64,000 nucleotides of DNA from assembly GCA_018817795.1 (NCBI GenBank), contig JAHITJ010000199.1, positions 11,682-75,681 on the forward strand, read 5' to 3'. The notes beneath the pieces were generated by a model that was not told the origin of the DNA, did no database searches, and saw nothing but the letters and a program-made list of their open reading frames with translations. This DNA comes from Myxococcota bacterium. GTDB taxonomy: Bacteria; Myxococcota_A; Polyangia; HGW-17. The position numbers and the translations under genes were made by a program. Of the stretch, positions 44,757 to 54,450 are shown one piece after another; the stretch's first letter is position 1, and the number at the start of each line of letters is the position of its first letter.

Positions 44757-46022
44757 ATGCCTTTGATCATGTCCCTGTTCATGGCTTTTTTCATCCTGCT
44801 CGGCAGCTGCGACCAAGGCACGAAGCCGGTCAACGACGTCCTTGGTGACGCGGATTCAGACGCAGATGTTGATATCATTGAACAGAATAATCTGAATAAT
44901 TTTATCTATCCTGTCTCACTGGATCTGACCGAAGTGGACCGGTTCGTCATCACCCAGGATCTGGGACACCTGGCATTTCCCGATGTCGCGCCGCTGGCTG
45001 ACGGACGCCTCCTGCTGGTCTACCGCCAGGGCGATTCCCATGTCGACGCCACCGGACGCCTCATGAAGCAGTTCGGAACCACCGACGGAACGATCTGGTC
45101 CACTCCGGAGGTCCTGCTTGACGTGCCCGGCATCGACGATCGGGATCCCTCCATCACCCGTCTGTCCAATGGCCGCCTTCAAGTGACGTGGTTTCAGTAT
45201 CGCGGGCAGTCGATGGGACTCGACACCGTCTATCTCCACGAAACCTTCCGCTCCGAAAGCCTAGACGAGGGGGAGACCTGGAGTGATCCGGTCCAGATGA
45301 CCCCCGGAACGATGAACCTGGCGACCGGAGCTGGCCTCAACGCTGAAGGACGCTGGGTGGACGCCGATGGAGCACTGGTCGTCGTGCACGCATCCTCGGC
45401 TCCGATGGTGGAGCATGGCAATGATTGGATCCTGCCCAACTACGGAGGCAATGCGCTCAACCTGAACAACATCGCCAACTGCTTGCGCTCCCAGATCTCG
45501 CTGTTCTTCAGCCATGACATGGGACAAACCTGGGAGGAGCGCCCGGTGCTCCCCGATGCGGTACCTTCCGTCTGGCTACAAGAGCCGTCGCTGCTGATCA
45601 CGCGCTCGGGACGGCAATTGTTGCACGTGCGAACGGCCTACGGCACCACACCGTCCACACCGGGTGACATGGCACAGTCGGTGTCCCTTGACGATGGTGC
45701 CACATGGAGTTCATGGCAACCCTTCCCGTTCGTCGGACACGCGCCGGATCTGTTCCAGACATCCCATGGTGCCCTGCTCTCGGCTTTTCGCGAGATCAAC
45801 GACGCGTTCACGCAGGAGTGGGTGTCCCTGATCTCTTCCACCGACGATGGGAACACCTGGACGGCGCCGCTGCGCATCGCCGATTGCGGTGCGATCGAGT
45901 GCGGCTACCCGTCGTTCGCCGAGCTTGACAGCACTCACCTGTTGGTCGTGTTTTACGGTCCCGGGGGCACCACCATCGAGGGTGTGATCTATGAAATGCA
46001 GCCTGTGTACGAGGCTCGATAA
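44757..46022 (+). CDS. BNR/Asp-box repeat (sialidase-like beta-propeller) lipoprotein
   Basis: MPLIMSLFMAFFILLGSC lipobox. Four Asp-box motifs SxDxGxTW: SLDEGETW, SHDMGQTW, SLDDGATW, STDDGNTW. Confidence 0.7.
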   Translation: MPLIMSLFMAFFILLGSCDQGTKPVNDVLGDADSDADVDIIEQNNLNNFIYPVSLDLTEVDRFVITQDLGHLAFPDVAPLADGRLLLVYRQGDSHVDATGRLMKQFGTTDGTIWSTPEVLLDVPGIDDRDPSITRLSNGRLQVTWFQYRGQSMGLDTVYLHETFRSESLDEGETWSDPVQMTPGTMNLATGAGLNAEGRWVDADGALVVVHASSAPMVEHGNDWILPNYGGNALNLNNIANCLRSQISLFFSHDMGQTWEERPVLPDAVPSVWLQEPSLLITRSGRQLLHVRTAYGTTPSTPGDMAQSVSLDDGATWSSWQPFPFVGHAPDLFQTSHGALLSAFREINDAFTQEWVSLISSTDDGNTWTAPLRIADCGAIECGYPSFAELDSTHLLVVFYGPGGTTIEGVIYEMQPVYEAR

Positions 46023-46026
46023 GTTT

Positions 46027-47403
46027 ATGACCCGGCTCCTCATTCTTCTTACGTTTTCCATCACCGTCACCGGATGCTCCCCTCTACCATGGCGTGGAGC
46101 AAACATTGAGCCACCAGGCTTCTCTCTGACAACTCGCCAGACGACCATTCGTCCGGGATCGGTGCTCACCCTGCCCGAGGCGATCCGGATCGCACGTGCG
46201 GGCAACCCGCAGACCGTCGCCGCACGCTATCTCGAACAACAGGCCAAGGCGGTCCGGATGCAGGCGCTCTCCCCGGCGCTGCCACAGGTGAAGTTGAGCG
46301 GACGGGCTGCCCGCTACCTGGATCCGCAACGCGTGGCCTCCCCGAGCGCGACCAACCCGACCGCCATTAGTGTCAGTTCCGAAGATCTGGGCACCTGGGA
46401 CGCGGTCGTGACGCTCAACCTCTTCGCCGGTGGTCGCGACGTCTGGAACTTCCGCATGGCCCAGGATCTGGTCGGGGCCGCCCGGCTCGATGCGGAACAA
46501 TTGGAGCGCACCGTCACCACGCTTGTGATCGCCGCTTACTACCAGGCCGTCTGGCGACGTGCCGTGGCCGGCGCCCTGCACGCCTCGGCCAGTGCACTAG
46601 AAGCCGAGACAGCGCGAGTCAGAACCCTCCTGGCTCAGGACAAGGCATCGCTGCTGGACGTCACCCGTGTGCAGGTGCGCGCTGCCGAGGTGATGGATCA
46701 GGCCAGGACCGAGGATGCCCAGGCCGAACTCGCCCTGCTGCAGTTGTTCCATCTGTTGGGACTGTCGGCGGTCCCTGTGAAACTGGAGCCCCCGACCGAG
46801 GATCCCGTGGGATCCGTTCCATCCGACGACCAGCTCGGCTGGAAGGAAATCCTCTCCAGGCGGCCAGATCTGAAGGCCGCCCGTCTGCGCATCTCGTCTC
46901 AGCAGGCCAAGGTGACCAGCGTCCAAGCCGAGCTCTGGCCGACCCTGGCGCTGGCCGGTTCGTTCGGACAGCGGGTCGATATCTCCGGCTGGCCCGTCGA
47001 GGACGGCCACTGGCGCAATTCCGGCTATCTCGGTCTGGAAATGGCCTGGTCCCCGTTCGAGGGCGGCCGGATCCACTACCTCGTCCAGCAGGAGACTGCC
47101 GCCCTGCGGGTCATGGTTGAGAACCTGCGGGCCATGGAGTTGTCTGCCGTGTTGGAGATCCGCACCGCACTGGCCCGTCTTCGCTCGGCGCGGGATCGCC
47201 TGGAGACCGCACGGGAATCGCTGACGCTGGCCCGGACGAGCCTGGAGCTCGAGAAGAAGAAAGTCGAGCTCGGTCAGAGCACCTTTACCGACTTTCAGTT
47301 GATTGAATCATCGTTTCTGGATGCGCAGGTGCGGGTCCTCCAACTGACGGCCGAAGTCCGGATCGCCTGGTACCAGTTTCGCCTGGCGATAGGAGAGTTG
47401 TAG
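46027..47403 (+). CDS. TolC/NodT-family outer membrane efflux lipoprotein
   Basis: ORF 45991..47403 trimmed to ATG 46027. MTRLLILLTFSITVTGC lipobox. Two-fold internal repeat of long helices typical of OMF proteins. Confidence 0.8.
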   Translation: MTRLLILLTFSITVTGCSPLPWRGANIEPPGFSLTTRQTTIRPGSVLTLPEAIRIARAGNPQTVAARYLEQQAKAVRMQALSPALPQVKLSGRAARYLDPQRVASPSATNPTAISVSSEDLGTWDAVVTLNLFAGGRDVWNFRMAQDLVGAARLDAEQLERTVTTLVIAAYYQAVWRRAVAGALHASASALEAETARVRTLLAQDKASLLDVTRVQVRAAEVMDQARTEDAQAELALLQLFHLLGLSAVPVKLEPPTEDPVGSVPSDDQLGWKEILSRRPDLKAARLRISSQQAKVTSVQAELWPTLALAGSFGQRVDISGWPVEDGHWRNSGYLGLEMAWSPFEGGRIHYLVQQETAALRVMVENLRAMELSAVLEIRTALARLRSARDRLETARESLTLARTSLELEKKKVELGQSTFTDFQLIESSFLDAQVRVLQLTAEVRIAWYQFRLAIGEL

Positions 47404-48696
47404 ATGAGAAGCGTGCTGTTGTTGTTTCTGTGCGCATTGGTGCTCTCGTGCTCCGGCCAGAAGAAAGACGCGGGCCGTCGTCGTCCTTCGCTTCCGGTCC
47501 GCACCCTTCAGGTTGATCCCTCCACGTTCATGCGGGTCCTTTCGCTCACCGGAGAGGTGTACGCACCCCGCACAGTGACACTCTCGGCCAACGTCGAGGG
47601 TGCCGTCGTCTGCTGCTTCTGGCGCGAGGGCGATCAGGTCACGGCCACCCAGGATATGTTCACCATCGACCCATCGATCTACCAGCGCGAGGTCGACATC
47701 GCCCGCCAGGGCTACTACGTCGCCGCCGCCCGTCATGCCGATGCGCAGGCCGGATTCCGGCCCGAGGAGGTACGCAAGTTCGAGCAGGAGGTCATCGCGG
47801 CCCGTGAAAAGCTCGACTTCGTCACCAAGGACCGTGATCGCGCCAGGAAGCTGGTCGATGCCGGAAGCATCTCCCGGGAGGTGCTGGAGAAGGCCGATGT
47901 CGAATTCGTCGCGGCCCGTTCGCGGCTCGAGACGGCACAGAACCAGTTGAAGATCGGACAGGAGGGCGCCACCCGGACTCAACTGGCCGTGTCCCACGCC
48001 TCCGAGCTCGAGGCCAACGCCCGGCTGCAACTGGCGCGCAGTAAGTTCGCCGAGACCCGGATCCCGGCGCCGTTCGCCGGCACCATCACCCGGGTTCTGG
48101 CCCGGCCCGGCGACAACGCGGCGCCCCGGATGCCGCTGCTGGAGCTGGCTGACCTATCATCCATGGTCATCCGGTTCTCCGTCCCGGAGAGGCAGTCCGC
48201 CTCGATCCGGTTGAAGCAGAAAATCCTGGTCACCCTTGACGCCTTCCCCGGCAGGGAATTGTCCGGCGAGGTCAACCGCATTCACCCCACGCTGGATCCC
48301 AAAACCCGCGTCCTGTGGGTCGAGGCCTTGGTCACCGAGGAAGTGCGGCTGATCCCGGGCATGTTCGCCCGGATCCGTCTGGTGCTCGATGAGATCCCGA
48401 ACCAGCTCGTCGTGCCCGAGACGGCCGTCGTGACCAAGCAGGGTGAGCGTTTCGTATTCACCGTCGAGGAAGGCAAGGCCAGGCGACGGATCGTGCGTGT
48501 CGGCTTCCTGGCTGGCGGCAAGGCCCAGATCCTGTCCGGGCTGGAACCCAAAAGCCGCATCATCATGGAAAACGCCGACCAGTTCCGGGACGGACAGGAC
48601 GTGGAGATCATCCCCGACTCCGGTCCCGGTGGCAGGACCGAGGCACCCATGCCCGGCAGCGCCGAAAAGAAACCCGAAGCCGGGAAAAAGGAATAG
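47404..48696 (+). CDS. efflux RND transporter periplasmic adaptor (HlyD/MFP family)
   Basis: MRSVLLLFLCALVLSC lipobox. Coiled-coil hairpin region. Beta-barrel motifs (IPAPFAGTITRV, VVPETAVV). The start abuts the OMF stop. Confidence 0.85.
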   Translation: MRSVLLLFLCALVLSCSGQKKDAGRRRPSLPVRTLQVDPSTFMRVLSLTGEVYAPRTVTLSANVEGAVVCCFWREGDQVTATQDMFTIDPSIYQREVDIARQGYYVAAARHADAQAGFRPEEVRKFEQEVIAAREKLDFVTKDRDRARKLVDAGSISREVLEKADVEFVAARSRLETAQNQLKIGQEGATRTQLAVSHASELEANARLQLARSKFAETRIPAPFAGTITRVLARPGDNAAPRMPLLELADLSSMVIRFSVPERQSASIRLKQKILVTLDAFPGRELSGEVNRIHPTLDPKTRVLWVEALVTEEVRLIPGMFARIRLVLDEIPNQLVVPETAVVTKQGERFVFTVEEGKARRRIVRVGFLAGGKAQILSGLEPKSRIIMENADQFRDGQDVEIIPDSGPGGRTEAPMPGSAEKKPEAGKKE

Positions 48697-48707
48697 AATC
48701 ACCCCCC

Positions 48708-51700
48708 ATGCGCCTGACCGCCGCCGTCATCCGGAGGAAATTCGCCACGCTCGCGATCCTGTCTGGGCTTCTTGTGCTGGGCACCGTGAGCCTCTTCTCC
48801 ATGCCGGTGGACTTCCTCCCGGACATCACGTATCCGATGATCCGGGTCTCCATTCTTTGGCCCGGCGCGACCCCCGAGGAGATCGATCGCTCCATCGCCG
48901 ATCCGCTGGAGCGGCAGATGGCCTCGGTCGATGGCGTGGACTACCTCGAGAGCAGCATCACCGAGGGTAATTACCGGTTGATGCTCAATTTTTCCTACGA
49001 CAGCGACGTCAACGTGGCCTTCATGGATGCGTCGGCCGCCCTGGGCCGCGTCAACCGGCGACTGCCCGAGGACATCGACCCCCCGCTGGTGGCCAAGATG
49101 GACCCGAGCCAGCTGCCGATCCTGCTGATCTCCATCAGTTCCCAGGCCTGGGATCTCACAAGGCTGCGTACCTGGGCTGAGGATCAACTGCAGAAGCAAC
49201 TGCTGTCGGTGCCCGGCGTGGCGGGGACCGAGATTGTAGGCGGCCTTCGCAGGGAGATCCGTGTGTTTCTCCAGCCAGAGGCATTGATAAAATATAAATT
49301 GACGACCACAGATATCCAGAAACGCATCGCCGACGAGAACGTGGAGATGTTCGCCGGGCGCATCATCGAGGGACGACGGCACTGGGTCGTGCGCACCATG
49401 GGCGAGGTCAAGACAGTTGCGGATATTCGCAACATTGTACTCGTCAACGACAACGGAGGTCAGGTCACGGTGGGAGACGTCGCCGAGGTACAGGACGCCT
49501 CCGAGGACGTGCGCCTGTTCTCCCGACTCAACAGTTCTCCCGCGATCAAGGTCAGCGTCACCAAGCAGGCCCTCGCCAACACGGTGACTGTTGCCAGGGC
49601 GGTGACCCGGAAGCTCGAGCAGATGAAGCCGGATCTACCCGCGGACGTGAAGTTGCTCGTCCTCGAGAACCAGGCCGTCTACATCGCCGATGCCATCGAC
49701 GGCGTGACCTCTGCGGCGCTGGGCGCGGCGGTCCTGGTCATCATCACCATCTTCCTGTTCCTGGGCAGCCTGCGGCACGTGCTCGTGCTGCTGCTGGCGA
49801 TCCCGGTCATCCTGCTGGTCAACTTCGGCGTGATGAAGCTCGCCGGCTTCTCCCTCAACATCTTCTCCCTCGGAGGGCTCGTCGTGGCGCTGGGTGTGCT
49901 CCTGGACAACTCCATCGTGGTGCTGGAGAATATCACACGGAGGCGCGGACTGGCCCCCCACGAGCCGGCCCACCAGTTGATCCCGGACGCGGTCTCCGAG
50001 GTTGGACCCGCGATCGCTGCGGGAACCCTGTCCTATCTCGCGCTGTTTTTGCCGTTCCTGTTCGTCCCCGGTCTGACCAGCCTGCTCTTCAAGGAACTGA
50101 TCCTGGTCATCTCCGGGATCGTGGTCATCAGCGTGGGCGTGGCCATCACCCTGACGCCCATGCTGGCTGACGTCCTGCTTAAAACCCATGAGGACGAAAC
50201 CGGCGTCTTCCAGCGGATTTTCGCCCGCATCACCGCAGCGTACGCGCGCTCTGCAGCGTGGTTCCTGCGCTGGCGGTGGGTGTGGCTGTTCGTCGCGATC
50301 GGCCTGCTGCTCGCAGGAGCCTGGACCTGGCAGTCCCTTGAAGGGGAATTCCTGCCGATGCTCGATGACGGCCGCGTCTCGATCCGGGTCCGGGCCCAGC
50401 CCGGCACCTCGGCGTACGAACTCAACGCCATCGCCGGGGACATCGAGAAGATGCTGGCTGCGGAACCCCGGGTCGCGGACTTCTTCACAGTCGCCGGAGG
50501 CAGGGGCAGCGGCGGCTACATGGTCGAGTCCTCCAACGACGCGGAGATCGGCCTCCAGTTGAAATCCGGAAGCGGCCGGATGCGCACCATGCAATGGGTG
50601 AACCAGTTTCGAAAGAAGATTCAGAAGTTCAACTGGCCCGGCGTGCGCGTGATGGTCAACCAGCAGCGGATCCGCGGAATCCGGCGGCTCGGCGACAACG
50701 ACATGGAGATCAAGGTCCGCGGGGACAACCTCGAGGATCTGCGGGTGATCTCCGCACAGATGGTGGAGCGCATCTCCCGGCATCCATCCTTCACCAACGT
50801 CCAGCTCTCCCTGGATTTCTCCAAGCCCGAGTATCAGATCCACATCGACCGCGAGAAATGCGCCGATCTGGGTCTGTCGGTCAGGGACATCGCCAACACC
50901 CTGCGGACCTACCTGGGAGGAACCGTGGTCACCTCCTTTCGGGAGCGCGGACTGCAGTTCGATGTCCGCCTGAGCATCCCCGAGAGCCGGATTCACAACG
51001 CCGAGGACCTTCGGATGTTTCCCGTCGCCCGGGCCGACGGCGCCCAGATCCTGCTGTCCGACGTCGCGCAGGTTCTGCCCGGGAACGGACCCGTGGAGAT
51101 CAGCCGGGAGGACCAGGCCAAGCAGGTCTCGATCACGGCCACCACCGTGGGTCTGACCGTCAGCGCAGCCCAGGTGGTCGCCGGAACCCTGCTCAGCGAC
51201 GTCTCCCTGCGGCCCGGCGTCACCTGGAAGTTTTCCGGTCAGGCGCAGATGATGCGGGAGATGCAGTTGGACATGCTCACGATCCTGCTGTTCGCGCTGT
51301 TCTTTGCATTCATTGTGTTGGCGGTTCAGTTCAACGACTGGAAGCTGCCCACCCTGATCCTGATCAACCTGCCGGCCTGCCTGGCCGGGGTGCTCTTCGC
51401 CCTGAAGATCACGGGATTTCCGGTGGGCGCCACGGTGCTCATCGGCATGCTCGTGGTCGTCGCGGCCGCGATCAATGACGGTGTGCTGCTGTTCACGTTC
51501 GCCGACGATCTGCGCCGCGAGGGCGGCACCACGCCCGATGTGGCGATCCTCCAGGCGGCCGCCGTGCGCCTGCGTCCCCGCGTGATGACCACCCTGTCGA
51601 CGCTGGTGGGCTTCCTGCCGCTGGCGCTCAACCTAGGCGGCGGCAACGAGATGCTGCAGCCCATGGCCGCCGGCGCCATCGGAGGCCTGATCATGGAGAC

Positions 51701-51797
51701 CTTCGTCGCCCTCTACCTGATGCCCGTGCTCTATCGCTTCGCCTACCGCACCGCCATCCGCATCCCCGACACCACGGCGGCCGATGGTGGACAATAA
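48708..51797 (+). CDS. RND efflux transporter permease (AcrB/CzcA superfamily)
   Basis: 1029 aa. Twelve-TM pattern with two large periplasmic loops. N-terminal LPDITYPMIRVSILWPGATPEEIDRSIADPLE is typical of the family. Confidence 0.9.
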   Translation: MRLTAAVIRRKFATLAILSGLLVLGTVSLFSMPVDFLPDITYPMIRVSILWPGATPEEIDRSIADPLERQMASVDGVDYLESSITEGNYRLMLNFSYDSDVNVAFMDASAALGRVNRRLPEDIDPPLVAKMDPSQLPILLISISSQAWDLTRLRTWAEDQLQKQLLSVPGVAGTEIVGGLRREIRVFLQPEALIKYKLTTTDIQKRIADENVEMFAGRIIEGRRHWVVRTMGEVKTVADIRNIVLVNDNGGQVTVGDVAEVQDASEDVRLFSRLNSSPAIKVSVTKQALANTVTVARAVTRKLEQMKPDLPADVKLLVLENQAVYIADAIDGVTSAALGAAVLVIITIFLFLGSLRHVLVLLLAIPVILLVNFGVMKLAGFSLNIFSLGGLVVALGVLLDNSIVVLENITRRRGLAPHEPAHQLIPDAVSEVGPAIAAGTLSYLALFLPFLFVPGLTSLLFKELILVISGIVVISVGVAITLTPMLADVLLKTHEDETGVFQRIFARITAAYARSAAWFLRWRWVWLFVAIGLLLAGAWTWQSLEGEFLPMLDDGRVSIRVRAQPGTSAYELNAIAGDIEKMLAAEPRVADFFTVAGGRGSGGYMVESSNDAEIGLQLKSGSGRMRTMQWVNQFRKKIQKFNWPGVRVMVNQQRIRGIRRLGDNDMEIKVRGDNLEDLRVISAQMVERISRHPSFTNVQLSLDFSKPEYQIHIDREKCADLGLSVRDIANTLRTYLGGTVVTSFRERGLQFDVRLSIPESRIHNAEDLRMFPVARADGAQILLSDVAQVLPGNGPVEISREDQAKQVSITATTVGLTVSAAQVVAGTLLSDVSLRPGVTWKFSGQAQMMREMQLDMLTILLFALFFAFIVLAVQFNDWKLPTLILINLPACLAGVLFALKITGFPVGATVLIGMLVVVAAAINDGVLLFTFADDLRREGGTTPDVAILQAAAVRLRPRVMTTLSTLVGFLPLALNLGGGNEMLQPMAAGAIGGLIMETFVALYLMPVLYRFAYRTAIRIPDTTAADGGQ

Positions 51798-51814
51798 ATA
51801 TAAAGAATATTTGA

Positions 51815-52867
51815 TTAACCGAGGACAGTGCGCTCGATGGACCGGATCTGGGCCCGGTAAAGCGCCGTGATGCGGGTACCGTAGTCGGCGATGAGCTGGA
51901 TGATGTCGCGCGGGGTCTCATGGCTGTCACGGCCGTTGATGCGGTCACCGGCATCGCCCACGCCCGGCAGGATGTAGGCCTTCTCGTTGAGCGAGGGATC
52001 CATCCACAGCGTGTAGATCTCGACGTTTTCCACTGCACGTGCGATACGCAGGCAACCCTTCATCGCGGAGATGACGTTGAAGAACTTCACCGAGCGCGGC
52101 GTCACACCCTGGTCCTTGAGGAACTTCACGACCGTGATCATGCTGCCGCCGGTGGCGTTCATCGGATCGGCGAAGAACCAGTCCTTCCCGTCAAGCATCT
52201 CTAGATTGAAATAGCTCTTCTTGAGGTCGAGCACGTAGGACATGTTCTGCTCGGTCTGCCGGTCGTCGCGCCCGATCTTGAACAGCGCGAACGGGGTCAC
52301 GTAGCCACTGGAGTGATACTCCTGGATCTCCTTGGAAACGATCATCGACGGCAGCAGCGCGGCGCGCAGCATCACACACATCACCGCGTTGCCGGTACAG
52401 TCGTCGATCTGGGGTATCTTGTGGATTGCGTACTGCTGGGTCGGCAACCCCACAGGTGTCTTCACGAGGATGTGGTGCTTGGACTCGGGCGTGCCCTGGA
52501 ACGCCATGTTGAACAACAATTCATAGGCACGCTGGATGTAATATACGAACTCGGGCTGCTCCGTACGGACATCACGCAGCTTGGCAATCAGGCGCGAAGC
52601 CTCGCCGTGGATGAACGGAGGCGTCTCGAACGAGAACACGTGAATGTTCTTCTCCTCGCCCAGCATCTCGTGCATCACATGGCCTAACTCGGAGTAGAGA
52701 CCGATCATCCGATCGCGGACCTCCTCGGCCCGATCCGACGCAGGATCATATTGTCTGAACACGCTCATGGCCTCCTCGTATCTGGCATCGAGGATGCGTA
52801 TCTTCTCGTGGTCCCGCTCCGTCAGGAAGCCGTCGAGATCCATCGCACGAAGTATCAACTTGGTCAT
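51815..52867 (-). CDS. uracil phosphoribosyltransferase-fold protein with a ~75-aa N-terminal helical extension
   Basis: ADPMNATGGSM (PRPP loop; compare DPMLATGGS) and YILPGVGDAGDRING (compare YIIPGLGDAGDK) match Upp. At 350 aa it is far longer than the ~210 aa of typical Upp. Confidence 0.7.
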   Translation of the reverse strand: MTKLILRAMDLDGFLTERDHEKIRILDARYEEAMSVFRQYDPASDRAEEVRDRMIGLYSELGHVMHEMLGEEKNIHVFSFETPPFIHGEASRLIAKLRDVRTEQPEFVYYIQRAYELLFNMAFQGTPESKHHILVKTPVGLPTQQYAIHKIPQIDDCTGNAVMCVMLRAALLPSMIVSKEIQEYHSSGYVTPFALFKIGRDDRQTEQNMSYVLDLKKSYFNLEMLDGKDWFFADPMNATGGSMITVVKFLKDQGVTPRSVKFFNVISAMKGCLRIARAVENVEIYTLWMDPSLNEKAYILPGVGDAGDRINGRDSHETPRDIIQLIADYGTRITALYRAQIRSIERTVLG

Positions 52868-52881
52868 GTGATTCTCCTTTG

Positions 52882-54096
52882 CTATCTCATGATCAGGTAC
52901 AGCACGCCCATACCCATCATCATTCCCAGGAAGAAGCCCGTAAGGAACAACCCGAGTCCCCGGCCGGCTCCTTCGACCTCGACGACATGGCTGTTGTGAC
53001 GCGGGGGAGGCGCCGGCGCCACGCGCAGGGTTTCGGAGGGCACATGGGGCAGCGACGCCGGCGGGGAGTCGGCCGCAGCGCTGGCACCATGCGCAGGCGG
53101 AGGCGCCACGGGCGTCTGGATCGGCTCGGAGTCGTCGTCGTGCTCGGAGATCTGGGGTGAGCCGGATTCAAAATCCGAGCCCGTCTCGTCGATCCTCAGC
53201 GGCGCCAATGGCGGGAAGATCATCTCCAGTGCCGAGATGACCTCATGCATGTCATGGGGACGATCTTCGGGGTTTTTCTCCAGACAGCCCAGAATCAACT
53301 CATCCACCAGCGGAGGGCGATCCGCCGCCGGGGGCAGCTGGACCTTCTCGCGCAGGTGCATGTGCATCACCTCGGTCAGATCCTCGTGCACGAACGGCAG
53401 CCGCCCCGTGATCATCTCATAGCCGAGCACACCCAGCGCGTAGATGTCGCTGCGCGCATCCACGGGCTTGCCGCGGCACTGCTCGGGAGACATGTAATAT
53501 GGTGTTCCCAGCGTGATGCCCTGGCGGGTCTTGGGCAGATCCTGGCCGTCGATCGACTCGAGCAGTTTGGCCAGGCCGAAGTCGAGCAACTTGGTGCGCG
53601 GCGGCCAGTGTCCGTCGTTGCTGGGCACCAGAAAGATGTTCTCGGCTTTCAGGTCGCGGTGGATCACACCCTTGGCATGGGCTGCGGCCAGGGACAGGGC
53701 GAGCATGCGCAGCAGTTGGCCGGCCGCGAAGGCGCCCAGTTTCCCGTGCCGCTTGAGGAACTCCAGCAGGCGTTCGCCACGCAGGTACTCCATGACAAAA
53801 TAGTATCGACCATCGTCGTACTCGCCAAAGCCGAAGATGTCCACGATGCCCGGATCGCCGATGGCGTTGACCACCATGGCTTCCTGCCTGAAGCGCTGGA
53901 TGTTCTCCGGGTTCTGCGCCACGTGGGGATGAATCAGTTTGATCGCAACCTTTTTTCCGATGACCGGATGCACCCCCGCATACACGGTGCCCATCCCCCC
54001 GGCGTCGATCCGGCGCCGGACGACGTACTCGCCGAGCATCGTACCGGGCGGGACGTCAGGACACGAACTTTTCCAGGAGGCGGCACCACGGCCCAT
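52882..54096 (-). CDS. Ser/Thr protein kinase with Pro-rich linker and C-terminal membrane anchor
   Basis: AGGMGTVYAG, VAIKLI, HRDLKAENIF, DFGLA, GTPYYMSPE. C-terminal LGLFLTGFFLGMMMGMGVLYLI. Confidence 0.85.
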   Translation of the reverse strand: MGRGAASWKSSCPDVPPGTMLGEYVVRRRIDAGGMGTVYAGVHPVIGKKVAIKLIHPHVAQNPENIQRFRQEAMVVNAIGDPGIVDIFGFGEYDDGRYYFVMEYLRGERLLEFLKRHGKLGAFAAGQLLRMLALSLAAAHAKGVIHRDLKAENIFLVPSNDGHWPPRTKLLDFGLAKLLESIDGQDLPKTRQGITLGTPYYMSPEQCRGKPVDARSDIYALGVLGYEMITGRLPFVHEDLTEVMHMHLREKVQLPPAADRPPLVDELILGCLEKNPEDRPHDMHEVISALEMIFPPLAPLRIDETGSDFESGSPQISEHDDDSEPIQTPVAPPPAHGASAAADSPPASLPHVPSETLRVAPAPPPRHNSHVVEVEGAGRGLGLFLTGFFLGMMMGMGVLYLIMR

Positions 54097-54099
54097 CTT

Positions 54100-54450
54100 T
54101 TATTTCCGATTCTCCTGCCACTTGCCCAGAACACGCTCCAGACAGGATTCCATCTGGCTGCAGTCGAGGCTGACGCAGGACATGAGGTTGTCGAACAGGG
54201 TCTTGTTCTCGAGCTTCAGTTTCTCGCAGTCCTCATACATCCAGTCCTTGAGTTTGGCAAACGAGAACCGCTGGTTCAGTTCCTTGCCGGTCACACATTC
54301 GCTGAGCTTGGCGACCAGATGCGTGCAACTGCGTTGTGGATTAGCCACGACGGCCTCTCCGGGCTTGTCGGAGGTGACGGCTTTCTTGTCGCAGGCAGAG
54401 AACGCCAGGACTGCCGGCAGCAGGATCCAAATCGATTTGGGCATCATCAT
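54100..54450 (-). CDS. small hypothetical lipoprotein
   Basis: MMMPKSIWILLPAVLAFSAC lipobox. Four further Cys residues. ATGA overlap with the upstream gene stop. The stop lies 3 nt before the kinase ATG. Confidence 0.5.
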   Translation of the reverse strand: MMMPKSIWILLPAVLAFSACDKKAVTSDKPGEAVVANPQRSCTHLVAKLSECVTGKELNQRFSFAKLKDWMYEDCEKLKLENKTLFDNLMSCVSLDCSQMESCLERVLGKWQENRK

